From a virus (Duplodnaviria > Caudoviricetes), in the IMG/VR virus record IMGVR_UViG_3300009788_000014, positions 1 through 60,611 of that record: a DNA stretch of 60,611 bases; one strand, 5' to 3'. A program made the translations under genes and the position numbers. Below the pieces are notes generated by a model. That model did no database searches and was not told the DNA's origin. It worked only from the letters and a program-made list of their open reading frames with translations. Positions 19,860 through 30,500 of the stretch are shown piece after piece. Position 1 is the stretch's first letter. Each line of letters starts with the position of its first letter.

Positions 19860-21143
19860 TTAAAAGACTAGGGGCACCACGCCGGAACGCGGCCCCGAGA
19901 TTCTGCGAATCCCGAACACGGCTTGAGCAAAATCCAAAGCCTGGTCCCCGTCAAGGTTGCTCGCATACAATGCAACCTTGTCGCCCTCGTTCAAATGTAC
20001 GCCGCCGCCGGTGGATCCGCCGCCGTTTAGCAGCAAGTCGTTTTGAGATATCTCGGTATGCGCCAGGTTGAAGCTGGGGTAGTATATGTTGAGTTCTCCA
20101 GTATCAGCCGTATAGGTACCGTTGCCCGTAGAGGCCACTCGGTTTAAGCTATACAGCTCGATCGTGGTAGATGTACTGGCGTTGATTATCCAGCTCCCGT
20201 TTGCGGCAGTGTTGCCCCCTACGCCCACAATCTCTATCAAAAGACCGTCAGAACCTAACAATCCAGCGATCGTTAACACGATCGGACTTGTGCCGCTGCC
20301 CGTTGCCCCGGTAACCGCGATCGCGGTGGCCAGCTCGACCCCGAGGTTGAGAATAACCTCTCGGGACGCACCGCCTTGCGCCGATAGAGAAGCGAACCAA
20401 CCAAGGTCATAAATGCCGTCAGCGGAACCGACCGTCAGCTCATCGGTCGAGGTGGACCCGGTAATGTGGCCGAACTCGTCACCGAGGCCAACGGCGTTCG
20501 TACCGTCGAACTTTATCATCTGCGCTTGCGTTGCGATCGTTAGGGTATGGTCCGCGATTCCGTGGAAGCGCAAGATTTGATATGCCGGACCAACGATCAA
20601 ATGCGGATCTCCCTGTGCAGGGTCCTGAAACCATAAGGTCCCGTCCGCCACGGGCCAGATTTTGCCAAAGCCGCTATTAGCACCGGGCTCCACGCCCTCC
20701 TTTATGGCAAGGATGCCGCCTCCTCCTACCGTCAAGTCACCGAACGCGCTGGCGGTCTTGATTGAGTGGTCGCCGTTGGAGTGTATTGTAAGCCGATTGG
20801 TATTACTCGTGCGAAATCTCAGGTCATCCTGGCTTGGCCTGTAGATGATCAGTCCGGCGTTGTCGTCCGTATCGCTACCGAAAGCGATTTGGCTGTTCCC
20901 GGTCGTCCCGGAGTGTAGCATGATGCTGACGGCGCTACCTGCCGATGAATCGTTTTGCACGAGCAGGCCCGGCTCAAAGCTCGGCGTGTGCGGCGTTCCG
21001 CCCTGTACCGTGTGCAAAGAAGCCCGGGGCGCTTCGGATCCGTCAGAGCCGATTATGAGACCCTTTAATCCGACCCATACCTTTCGCGTGAGGGTTCCAA
21101 AGGTACCCGCGAAGATCTGCCGCAGCGTTGTGTTACGGGCCAT
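19860..21143 (-). CDS. Tail fibre / receptor-binding protein
   Basis: Gly/Thr/Ser-rich beta repeats (IAFGS..D..AG.I.Y....D.L.F.T....RLTI.S.G); position after tail tip genes. Confidence 0.65.
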   Translation of the reverse strand: MARNTTLRQIFAGTFGTLTRKVWVGLKGLIIGSDGSEAPRASLHTVQGGTPHTPSFEPGLLVQNDSSAGSAVSIMLHSGTTGNSQIAFGSDTDDNAGLIIYRPSQDDLRFRTSNTNRLTIHSNGDHSIKTASAFGDLTVGGGGILAIKEGVEPGANSGFGKIWPVADGTLWFQDPAQGDPHLIVGPAYQILRFHGIADHTLTIATQAQMIKFDGTNAVGLGDEFGHITGSTSTDELTVGSADGIYDLGWFASLSAQGGASREVILNLGVELATAIAVTGATGSGTSPIVLTIAGLLGSDGLLIEIVGVGGNTAANGSWIINASTSTTIELYSLNRVASTGNGTYTADTGELNIYYPSFNLAHTEISQNDLLLNGGGSTGGGVHLNEGDKVALYASNLDGDQALDFAQAVFGIRRISGPRSGVVPLVF

Positions 21144-21146
21144 TTC

Positions 21147-23639
21147 TCAAGGTCCTATGAACAGCACAAGTGCCGTTGCGGCGAAGGTGTCAGGGTGAAC
21201 ATCCAGCCCGGCCAGCGTTCCGACGCGCCCCGAGGCCAGGAACGGATGCGCAGGCCAGGTGACCGTCACTTCGTCGAACGCTACGGATGAGACCTCTGGC
21301 TTGGGAAGGGGGCCGTAGAGCTCTAGCTTATACAGTACGCCATTCGATATGATGTCCTGTAAGGCGTCTGCTGCGGCCTGCGCGTCCGGCGTTTCCAGTA
21401 AAAAGACCTCCCGGATCAACTCGCGGCCCGTGCCGGATGTGACCTCGCGGAATTCGGATCCGATCTCGGCGGAGTACCGGTCCTGGAATGTGTCCGGTGG
21501 TAAGGCCGCCACGTCCGATGTCTCAAATCCCCAGCGCCTGGCATAGCGCATGCGCACTGCGTCGAAGGTCCGAGAAGGCGAGATTTCCGAAGCCGTGCGG
21601 ATTCTGTCCTCGTTCCACGTGAGCGAGGGTGACGTAGGAGTTCTGTCAAAGCCGCGTACGTTCCAGGCACCATCCGATAGCGCCCTGCAGACGACGCTCG
21701 GCGAGTCGTCGGTCGACAACGTCGAGCGGGCCAAGCTTTCCAAGTAGACGCGGGAATTCTCGTTGCCGGCTCCCTGCCATCCCGTCGACGCTAGGTTCAA
21801 GCTCCTTAGGTTTACCTCCGTGGGGGCAGTAGTAGGACCCAGAAATTCGAGGAAAGTAGAGGCCAGCCGTAAAGAAGAGTCGCTCGTCGAGCCGACAGGG
21901 GTAAGGACGACGCGGTCCGTCCGGGTGAAGAGGCGAACCTGGACGGGATAGCCCGGGACCGGTATGTCCGCCGCTACGATCCAGTCTTCGTCGCCCGCGA
22001 TGCTCGAAAGGGTGCCAGCAATCGTCTCCGAGGATATAGACTCCTCTACGATAATAGAGCCTGTGGAAGCGCCGAAAGTCGGATCACTGGTCACCGGATC
22101 GAGGACGACCTGCTCCACGGTCAAAGTGCCCGCGTTAAGGCCAGTACTCCAGTCTAGCTGCTGTCCTACCGCTGGCCAATTAAGCAAAGTTACATCCTCT
22201 AGGGTCCGCGTGGCCGCTACAAAGGTAACGGTATCGGAAGCGGAGAATAGGGGCTTCAGGCGCCCGCCGTCGGCGGCAACCCACAGGGCCGTCTTAACCT
22301 CCGCCCTACCGTCGTAGCCGATAGAATAGTCCTGGAAAGCCACATTGATTGTAATGGTACGGGCGTCAAACGGCCTGCCGATTACCACCGGGGGCCGGCT
22401 ATTGACAGCAGAAGCCTCACCGCTATCCGACGCGATCCATGCCGCATCCGTGTCTAGAAATGAACTAAGCACACCTGAAGCCCCGGCGGTTCCGGCGATA
22501 ACCACGCTGTCGGCGGTGATGTCTCCCACCCCTTCGAGAAACTCCATGGCCATTGTCAAGCTCGTCTCGTTGCGAATGTCGAACGCTGTTCTCGAGCGCT
22601 CGAAAACCTCGCTCGCGGCAAGGTTTCGCGTCCCGTGGCGCGCTGCGAGCCAGACGATATCTCGCGGTGTGCCATCGATACCACCGTTCTGTAAGATGGC
22701 GTCTCCGGTCGCGGTACTATTAAGCCCCCCGGGGGGCTCGACTAGCGTCGTCGTGCCCTGGGAGACGCCATCCACGAACGCTTCTCCCGTCTCCGTCGAA
22801 GCGTTATAGTTGACAAGAAGTCCGATGGTATCTAGCGTGGCCGGGATGCCGGTGGGCGTGCCGATCGTAACCCACTGGCCGCCGGCATTCAACAACTGGA
22901 GCCGGTAGGCATTTGTCTGTATTTGAAGACGGAAAAGAGGAGAACTAAATACCACGAACGGCGTAATCGTAACGCCAACTTCCTGATAAAGGACTAAGGC
23001 GAACCATTGGTCGCCGGTTGTTCGTAGACTGGCTTGGTCCGCGCGTGTTATTTTGGCACCGGGTTCCACAGAAGGTGTTTGAATTCGTATGCCGGTGCCC
23101 AACCCCGCAAGCACTACGGGAGAAGCGGGAACGTTCAAACCCTCTGAGGTCTGCTCGCGAATTCTGATGATCCACGAGTCCTCTTGAAACTGAGCATCGT
23201 TCACGGTGCCGCGGCCCACGATCTCACAGTCCGCCAGGTCCGGCACCGAGTAGGCGCCGGTGGCCGGGTCGAGGATCCAGGCGCATGCGTGCCAGGTCGC
23301 TGGTTGCCGGCGAAAGTCCAGGCCGACCAGGTCGTCGAGGGGCCGGGTGTCGTCCCTCGGGTCGCGCGGGTTGGCGACGTTGAAGGTGTAGGCGCCGTGG
23401 GCCACCACGCCGCCCGGATCAATCCAGCCCTCGGGGCGCCCGCCGTCGCCCGTCTGGTCGGTCCTCACGGCCTTCCAGTCCACCGGGCGCGTGCCGCGCC
23501 TGAGGAGCGGCCTGTAGGGCACCGAGGCCGGGACATCGGTGGACGCGGAGACGCCGGACTCGGTCGAGACGAGAACATCCGTCCCCGCCGAGTCGACAAG
23601 GTGCAGGACGAGGAAGAGGGCTGAGAGGTTACCCGCCAT
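21147..23639 (-). CDS. Tail tip / minor tail protein with LamG/ConA-like domain
   Basis: 830 aa; central YNAS....AFVDGVSQG..RNLAASEV LamG-like pattern; synteny. Confidence 0.7.
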   Translation of the reverse strand: MAGNLSALFLVLHLVDSAGTDVLVSTESGVSASTDVPASVPYRPLLRRGTRPVDWKAVRTDQTGDGGRPEGWIDPGGVVAHGAYTFNVANPRDPRDDTRPLDDLVGLDFRRQPATWHACAWILDPATGAYSVPDLADCEIVGRGTVNDAQFQEDSWIIRIREQTSEGLNVPASPVVLAGLGTGIRIQTPSVEPGAKITRADQASLRTTGDQWFALVLYQEVGVTITPFVVFSSPLFRLQIQTNAYRLQLLNAGGQWVTIGTPTGIPATLDTIGLLVNYNASTETGEAFVDGVSQGTTTLVEPPGGLNSTATGDAILQNGGIDGTPRDIVWLAARHGTRNLAASEVFERSRTAFDIRNETSLTMAMEFLEGVGDITADSVVIAGTAGASGVLSSFLDTDAAWIASDSGEASAVNSRPPVVIGRPFDARTITINVAFQDYSIGYDGRAEVKTALWVAADGGRLKPLFSASDTVTFVAATRTLEDVTLLNWPAVGQQLDWSTGLNAGTLTVEQVVLDPVTSDPTFGASTGSIIVEESISSETIAGTLSSIAGDEDWIVAADIPVPGYPVQVRLFTRTDRVVLTPVGSTSDSSLRLASTFLEFLGPTTAPTEVNLRSLNLASTGWQGAGNENSRVYLESLARSTLSTDDSPSVVCRALSDGAWNVRGFDRTPTSPSLTWNEDRIRTASEISPSRTFDAVRMRYARRWGFETSDVAALPPDTFQDRYSAEIGSEFREVTSGTGRELIREVFLLETPDAQAAADALQDIISNGVLYKLELYGPLPKPEVSSVAFDEVTVTWPAHPFLASGRVGTLAGLDVHPDTFAATALVLFIGP

Positions 23640-23755
23640 GACGTTTATCCAGGGTTACCAGAAAGAACGCGAGACGAGCAAGCCCAGCGCCAAGCCCGAG
23701 GGCGATGGTGATCATTAGCCCGTAGAGGAATAGCTCAGCGGCTGCCTCTAAGACG

Positions 23756-24697
23756 TCAAGCCCCCCCACTTTTCACCTCCTGCCAGGTCTCACAGGACAG
23801 GGTGGCGGAGACCTCGCGGGTCTCTACGCCGTCGACGACGGTGGGGCGACTCTCTGTCCTGGACCACTCCAGCATCCGCGCCAGCCCGCCGCGGAGCGCC
23901 GGGCGCTGGTTCGCCTCCGTGATGAGCCCGGACGTGTCCCGCTGGCCAGCCGCGGGAAAGAAGAAGATTGGGAAGGAGCCGTAACCGGACGTGTCCCAGA
24001 GGAAGTCTATGTGGTCAACGTCCGCGGTCGTCATGTGAGCCCAGCTCATCGACCACTTGTGGCCCGTACCCTCGCGGAGCTCGACCGTCTCGATCGGCAG
24101 GGACGGCGCGTCCCCGGGGAACTCGACCTCGGGCAGGCGGCGGCCGTCCACCCCGATCCCGAGGAAGGACGCTTCCCAGAAGGTGCGGCTCCCTGCGGCG
24201 GACGAGAACTCGATCCGGCCGGAGCGGCAGGCGATCGTGGCGACATCTGGCACGGCCGCCGGGGTGGGGCCCACACCCCCTGAGAAGTCGTCGAAGCCGA
24301 GGAGGACGTTGGGTCGCTGAGGGACTTGGATCTGGAGACCGCCGGAGGTCCAGACGTCCTCTCGGCGCTGTGGCCAGGGAGAGCCACTGTCCAGGGTGTT
24401 GGCGGCGACGAACGGCGTCGCGTTGTCCACAAGCCAGCGGACGTCCTCGCCCGCGTTGGCCCCTGTGTTGGCGACCTCGAAGGCGAATGCCTGGACCTCG
24501 GCCCCGAGGCGGAACTCAAAGCCGCCAGGGTCGGCGGCGTCTGCGGTCCTCCCGTGGAGCATGATCAGCGGGCTGAGGATGTTCGCAAGCGGGAGCCCGC
24601 CGCCGGCATCGCCCGCCAGGTGCGCAACGATGCTGTCCGCCGTTACGAACGGCAGGCACCGTCCGATGACGGGGCGCGTGGGGATCAGGGCGGTCAC
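23756..24697 (-). CDS. Minor tail (distal tail-like) protein
   Basis: GTG start coupled to the upstream ORF; synteny after TMP. Confidence 0.6.
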   Translation of the reverse strand: MTALIPTRPVIGRCLPFVTADSIVAHLAGDAGGGLPLANILSPLIMLHGRTADAADPGGFEFRLGAEVQAFAFEVANTGANAGEDVRWLVDNATPFVAANTLDSGSPWPQRREDVWTSGGLQIQVPQRPNVLLGFDDFSGGVGPTPAAVPDVATIACRSGRIEFSSAAGSRTFWEASFLGIGVDGRRLPEVEFPGDAPSLPIETVELREGTGHKWSMSWAHMTTADVDHIDFLWDTSGYGSFPIFFFPAAGQRDTSGLITEANQRPALRGGLARMLEWSRTESRPTVVDGVETREVSATLSCETWQEVKSGGA

Positions 24698-24960
24698 GCG
24701 TGCTCCTCCACGGCCTCGGCGAGAAGATTCCGGACCTGCTCGGCCACGTCCCGGACAAAGATGGAGCGGTCCCGGAGGCCCAGGAGCGCATTCCATACGG
24801 CGGCGGCGTTCTGGTACTCCAGCGCCGCCGCGAGAGCGCCGTCGACGCTCGCCTGATCCGCGGGGTCAATCGCCCTGACGGCTCCACGGAAGACTTTCCC
24901 GGCGTTGCTCACCGCGCCACGGACGAGGATCGCCTCTCGGGCAAGGTTCAGCGGAGGCAT
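24694..24960 (-). CDS. Stand-alone paralogue of the tape measure C-terminal domain (88 aa)
   Basis: RAIDPADQASVDGALAAALEY...RSIFVRDVAEQVRNLL aligns with TMP RAVDPTDQASVDAALRAAMEY...RSALVRSVEDQIRQLL. Confidence 0.75.
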   Translation of the reverse strand: MPPLNLAREAILVRGAVSNAGKVFRGAVRAIDPADQASVDGALAAALEYQNAAAVWNALLGLRDRSIFVRDVAEQVRNLLAEAVEEHA

Positions 24961-25229
24961 TTTACGCCCCCTGAGGCTGCGAGCTTTCTTTGCCGAAACC
25001 GCGAGACCAAGCGCCACAGGACCCGCGGAATCCAGCGCGGCTTCCCGCTCCAAAGATCCCAAGGGCGGAGGACATCCGGCTGCGTAAGGGGCCGCAGCTC
25101 TATGGAAATCGGCGACGGCACGGTGAAGGGCTCGGGGTCTTGCAGCGACGCCAGGTCCACGCGGTTGACGAAGGGCGTCAGGTCGACGCCGTCGACCACG
25201 AACTTTCCCTTGAACTCGACTACCGGCAT
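24948..25229 (-). CDS. Hypothetical protein
   Basis: AGGAG RBS, overlaps neighbours. Confidence 0.5.
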   Translation of the reverse strand: MPVVEFKGKFVVDGVDLTPFVNRVDLASLQDPEPFTVPSPISIELRPLTQPDVLRPWDLWSGKPRWIPRVLWRLVSRFRQRKLAASGGVKCLR

Positions 25230-25396
25230 CGCATCTCCTTCTTGATCTCCTCGACGAGCGCGGCGTCGCCTTCCCACGATCCGCCCTGGCGGCATCGGGC
25301 TTCTCGCAAGTCGACGCGGCGGACGGCAAGAAATTCCTCAACCTTCTCCAAGACGCGTCCTTCTGCTTCTGGATCTCGCGGTATCATCTCGCTCCC

Positions 25397-25425
25397 TTGC
25401 TTCCCCGCGCCCGCCGCGGTATACT
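25397..25425 (+). promoter_or_regulatory. sigma70-like promoter of the antisense moron operon
   Basis: TTGCTT-17bp-TATACT. Confidence 0.7.
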
Positions 25426-25486
25426 CGGCGGGTGCCCGGCCGTGACTCCGGGTCGCCCACCTAACCAACACGGGAGTAACCCCCGC

Positions 25487-26233
25487 ATGGCTGAGAGACA
25501 CACTACCACAGACCCGGAAGAAGCCTTCGCCGCTGACCTCGCCCGTATCCTGCCTCTGGTCATCGAACTCGCCAAAGAAGCGTCGGCGATGGACGCCGAC
25601 ACGGACGCCGTGAGGATGGCAGAGGTTTGCCTCGGTCCGCCGCCCACGTTTCTCCTCGAGACGCTGCTGCGGCTGGCCCGTGTTCAAGTCTGGACGATCG
25701 CAGAGAACCACAAGAAGGCCCTGGGGGTCCTCGCCCGCGGCGCGTCGGCGATGGCAATCGCCCCCGAGCCACCCGGAGAGACCCCGGAGGACGCCGCGGG
25801 CGGCGCTCTCGTCTTCGGGCTCGCGACCGAGGCCCCGACGCCCACGCCGGCGCAGCTGCGCACCGTGGCATATATGGCCGAGGGCGGCCCGTCCTTCGGG
25901 ACGCCGGCATCGCACCCGGCCGAGGTCGAAGCCCTCGACGCCTTCCGGGCCTGGACCGGGACCGAAGACCGCGACGACCTGGAAGCGGGCGACACGGAGG
26001 CAGCCGCCGCGGTCAAAGCCTTCGACGACCACCATGGGTGGTCGTCGGGGGCGGCCCTTGCAGACTACGCCGAGGTCGGCTGGGTCGTGGTGGAGGGCCG
26101 GCGCTGGAGCCGCGACCGCGGCCTCGTCGATGAGGCCACCGCGGCCGGTCACGACCCTGGGGCCGCTTCCATCACCGCCACGAGAGAGGCCAACCGCCTG
26201 GCCGACGCGATCATCGACCGAAGAGAGGGCTGA
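25487..26233 (+). CDS. Hypothetical protein (moron operon gene 1)
   Basis: GGGAG RBS, acidic helical protein. Confidence 0.65.
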   Translation: MAERHTTTDPEEAFAADLARILPLVIELAKEASAMDADTDAVRMAEVCLGPPPTFLLETLLRLARVQVWTIAENHKKALGVLARGASAMAIAPEPPGETPEDAAGGALVFGLATEAPTPTPAQLRTVAYMAEGGPSFGTPASHPAEVEALDAFRAWTGTEDRDDLEAGDTEAAAAVKAFDDHHGWSSGAALADYAEVGWVVVEGRRWSRDRGLVDEATAAGHDPGAASITATREANRLADAIIDRREG

Positions 26234-26236
26234 GAG

Positions 26237-26905
26237 ATGGCCGACGACACGACACGGCGAATCACCTTCGGTCCCGTGAAGAGCACCGTCGACCGCTTCG
26301 ACGGCTCCGGCACGCACCGGCTCGCCGAAGAGCCGGTCGAATCCGGCTGTCCGGGCCTGGTGTCCGTCGACGCATCCGGGCCCGGGGTCTCGAAAACCCA
26401 TGCCTGGTTCGATCAAGCCGGCAAGCTCTGGGCGCGCCTCCCCGGCGGCGAGGCGTTCGAGGTCAGGGAGCCGGGTACCGTCGTTCATGACGGAGCACAC
26501 GAGGAACTGACGCGCCGAGCCCCCAGAGCGATCGAAGCTGCCGCAAAAATTAACGAGCGCCGGGCAGCGAAAAAAGAGGCGGCGAAGCGGGGGGGAGAGC
26601 CCCGGCCGGCCCCCACGCTGGAGCACCTGCGGCTCTTGTTGGTTCTGATCGACGACGCGCCCGTGTGCATCACGGACGAAGAGGACGAGGCCATCGAAGC
26701 CTTCCGGGCCTACATCCTCGACGACGACCCGGCGGCAGGGCATAACCTGGCGGAGATCGTGCCGGCGCTGGTGAAGATCGGGGAGCTCACGCTGGAGAGC
26801 GAAGCGGGGTTCGCGTTCGGCCGGGAGCTCGAAGCCGCCATCACCGAGTACCGCCGCCGCTTCCCCAACCCCGCGGTCCTGCCCGAGCTGAAGGAGGAGG
26901 ACTGA
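26237..26905 (+). CDS. Hypothetical protein (moron operon gene 2)
   Basis: 3-bp spacing from the previous gene. Confidence 0.65.
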   Translation: MADDTTRRITFGPVKSTVDRFDGSGTHRLAEEPVESGCPGLVSVDASGPGVSKTHAWFDQAGKLWARLPGGEAFEVREPGTVVHDGAHEELTRRAPRAIEAAAKINERRAAKKEAAKRGGEPRPAPTLEHLRLLLVLIDDAPVCITDEEDEAIEAFRAYILDDDPAAGHNLAEIVPALVKIGELTLESEAGFAFGRELEAAITEYRRRFPNPAVLPELKEED

Positions 26906-26908
26906 ACG

Positions 26909-27274
26909 ATGGCAAGAGCGCCGTTCTACGAACTGAGAAATCGACTCCTCGGTGGCGGCATGACCGCTCTTGACGATGCCCTGGCGGATGTGGGGATCGG
27001 CCTGATCGCGTCGGCCGTAGTCCCGGTGATCGACGTCCTCCTCGACGACGAGGAGGAACCCGTAGCGATGATCGTGGCCGCCTTCGCCGGTCCCCGGTTG
27101 TCCTCTCTCCGCGAGCTCGGCGCGCTGGCGGTGAGAGTAGAGCGGGTGCTCGTCGCGCGGATTGCGGCCCCTGCCGATGCCGATACCGGGCGCCTCGAAA
27201 CCGCCATCCGCGACGCCCGCCAAGCCCAGCGGGAGGCCGTCAGGGCGCACGTCCAGCGCTGGCCGGAGGAATGA
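26909..27274 (+). CDS. Hypothetical protein (moron operon gene 3)
   Basis: GGAGG RBS, tight spacing. Confidence 0.6.
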   Translation: MARAPFYELRNRLLGGGMTALDDALADVGIGLIASAVVPVIDVLLDDEEEPVAMIVAAFAGPRLSSLRELGALAVRVERVLVARIAAPADADTGRLETAIRDARQAQREAVRAHVQRWPEE

Positions 27275-27277
27275 GCG

Positions 27278-27571
27278 ATGCCGCGCAAGAAGCTCGAGCC
27301 CGGCGGGCCAAAAATCCACGAAATCAACAATCTGCGGCACGTTCTGTCGATCTCCGGAACGGACAGGAACATCCTGACGCGAGAGCTTCTCCGCGACCAC
27401 GTGCGGCATGAGGGGATTCCCGCAGAGCCCGAAGACCGCGGAAGGCTCGCTCTCGACGCCGTCGACCTCGCGGACAACCTGCTCCTGGCCCTGGCGACGC
27501 CCGGCGAGGAGGAATGCGGCGATGCCGAGAGCGCTGTAGCCTCTCAAAACCCCGCCCCCCCGGACGCATGA
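27278..27571 (+). CDS. Hypothetical protein (moron operon gene 4)
   Basis: GGAGG RBS, converges on the TMP stop. Confidence 0.55.
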   Translation: MPRKKLEPGGPKIHEINNLRHVLSISGTDRNILTRELLRDHVRHEGIPAEPEDRGRLALDAVDLADNLLLALATPGEEECGDAESAVASQNPAPPDA

Positions 27572-30500
27572 GCCGCGAACTGATCGAACGCGGTTTGCGC
27601 AGCCGCCTGGTGGGCGAGGGTAGCCGTCTGGAATTGCCGCTCCCGCACGTTGGCGCCGTCCTGCCCCAGCCGGATGAGCTCGAGGATCTGGTTCGTCTGT
27701 TGGAGGCTCAGGCCCCCGCCGCCCCCGCCGCCAGCGCCGCCCGCTGGGGCGAGCGGGGCGGAGGCCGGAGGCAAATCGGAAAGGTCAGAACCGCCGACCC
27801 CCGGGAGCCCTGCCGCACCAGGCGGCGGCAGCGGCGGCGGCACGATGCTTCCGAGAAGCTGCCTGATCTGGTCCTCTACGCTTCGCACCAAGGCCGAACG
27901 CTCGCCGCCGCCGATCAGGCGGTTGTAGTTGACGAGGAGCTCTCTGTACTCCATGGCGGCCCTGAGGGCTGCGTCGACGCTTGCTTGGTCCGTGGGATCT
28001 ACCGCCCGGGAAGCTTCCCGGAATGCCTCCCTGGCGCTTATGGCGGCCCCTCGCGGCGCCAGATCCGCGCGGGCCGTCCGGTCGAGCTCGTCGAGGAAAG
28101 ACGTCACGCCGGAGAACATCTCCTCCTGTATTTCCTGCCGGCGTCGCGCGAGCTCCGCTTCCGCCAGGGCCTGGGCCTGGAGGCGCTCCGCCGCGGTCCC
28201 GGCGGCCGAAGCGATCTCGTCGAAGAGCTCGGAGAACTGGAACTGCAGCGCCTCCAGGGGGCTCCGTGCGTTCGCTTCGAGCTCGCGGATGATGTCGGCG
28301 AGGGAGCGGCCGAGGGCTTCGGCCGGCGAAGAACCGCCGCCGGCCGCCGGTGGGTTGGATCCACGGAAGGATTCGCCGGCCCTGACCGTGCGGCGCACGA
28401 ACGGCCGGCGCCGGTCCACTTCTTCATCGTCGATCAGGATCCGTACTTCGATCGGCTCAGCCAAATCGTCGCGAATCCCGGCAATCAGCCTCCGCGTCTG
28501 GTCGTCGAGAGCGTTGGCGGCGATCAGCATCTGTTCCCACACCTTGAGCTGCAAAAGGGTGGCCTTACGCTCGAGCTCCTGTTTCTCCGCCTGTAGCTCC
28601 AGGACACGCTGCTCGTCTTCCTTGCTCCCTGTCCTGGCAAAGGCTGCCTGCGCCGACGAGATTGCCAGATCCACCAAGCCCGGCAGGATCCCGCCGCGGA
28701 CATTCGTTGCGACCTGCGCCGCGGTGAGGCCAAGCTCGTCGAGGTGGTCGGCGAGGAACTCGATCTGCCGGACCGCCTCCTTGCCGGCTTGCCGGATGGA
28801 CCGCATCCGGAATCCGAAGCTATCCAGGACGTCCCTGCCCAGCTCACGCAGGCTGGCGGCGAGCCCCCTCTCGATCGCCTCCCGTGCCTGCTCATACGCC
28901 TCGGGGTTGTCTGCCGCCAGGGCCAGGGCTTCGGAGAGCTGTACAGCAAAGCTCTCCCGGAGCGCCCGCATGGCGTTGGAGAGATCCGTCTGGCCGAGCT
29001 CGCGGAGGCCCTCTCTCGCATCGTCGCGGAGATTCCCCAGGTCCAGGGCGGCGAGATTTTCGATCGCCCGGTCGAGCTCTTCGATGCCGATACTCCCCGC
29101 TTCGGCGCGCTCGGTCAGCTGGCGGACCCGGTCGGCATGGGCGAGCTCGGCCGGGGCGAGGCCAGCGAGCGCAAGGGAAACCTCGTCGGCCGCGCGGCGG
29201 AAGTCCTCGGCCGCCCGCCGCCGGCCGCCACCGCCACCCCGTAGCGCGCGACCCCCTCCCGTGGGGGGCGGCGCGCCGGTGGGTGCCCCAAGGATTTCTT
29301 GCTCGTCGAGCAACAGCCGGATCCGGCTCTCCTCGGCCCGCGTCAGGAGCCCCAGGGCGGCGAATTGCTGGACGGTCAGGCGGAACTGGATCAACCGCAT
29401 CCGGTGCTCGAGCTCCAGGGCCTGCGCCGCGAGCTGGGCGTCGCCGGTGAATTCGGCGATCCGGGAGAAGAATCCGGAGCGCTGGCCGGCGCTGAAGGCC
29501 TCGGCCGCCTGTTCCAGCGTCGCGAGGTCGATCCCTTCGATCTCGCCGGCGACGATCTCAAGCGCCTCGCCGAAGGTGGCGCCACCAAGCTCCAGGTCGT
29601 CGAAACGCTCCCTGAGACGCTCGAACCGCTCGTCCGAGAGGCCAAGGGTCTCGGCCAGGTCGCCGAGGTCCATGGCGAAGCCGGTCGTCTCCTGGGACGC
29701 CACGGACGCCGCGGCCGCCGCATCGTCGTAGGCCGCCTGCAAGGCCTCTGTCTGGGCCGCTTGCTCCCGCGCGGCATCGAACTGCGCGAGCCCCGCGGCG
29801 GCTGTCTGGTCAATCCCGGCAAGCTGTAAGGCCTGCGACTCCGCCAGGCGGTTCAGGGCGTTCTCCTCCGCGATCCGGCCGTCAATGACGTCCTGCTGAG
29901 AGATTCCGAGCCGAGAGGTGATCTGGAGCTCCTCCCGGAGCAGGCGGACGCGGGCGGCGAGGAAGAGCTCGCCCTGGGACATCAGGCGCGCGTCGACGAG
30001 CTGGGCCACGGCGAGGTCAGCCGCGAGCTGCTCAAAGGTCGCTGCCAGCGTGTTCTTGAGCGCCGCGGCGACGTTCGAGGACAGGCCCTCGATGTCGGAC
30101 TGCTGGAGCAACCGCTTGATGGCCTCCCCGACGGCCTGGGCCTGGTCGGCAAACTCCGCGATGTCCTTGCCGCCCTGGATGAGCCGGAAGACCACCTTCT
30201 CGCCGTCCTGGCGGAGCTTGATCTCGATGTCGGCCAAGGACGTCACGGTCGCGCCGAGGCTCGTGATGATCGCGTTGAAGCCCTGCGAAACGGCTTGGCC
30301 GAACTGGGAAATCGCCGGCCCCAAAGAGCCCTCCACCTTCCGGGTGGTGCCGGAGATTACCCCGTTCAGGAGCTTGAACGTCTCGATCGCGTCGTCGCCG
30401 CCGCTCTGGAAGATGTTGAGCCCACCGACAAGCTCGCCGATGATCCCGCCGATGATCCCCGCGCCGGGGAGACCCGTCAACGCCCCGAGGCCGCCGAAGA

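Noticed and set aside
25220-27547. 775-aa minus-strand ORF continuing the tail operon
   Set aside because: Antisense shadow of the four plus-strand genes, which have a promoter and RBSs; only its last 55 codons (from 25387) look like a real gene.
24694-28060. Diversity-generating retroelement TR/VR pair (TMP end and its copy)
   Set aside because: Differences are not adenine-specific and no reverse transcriptase is present.
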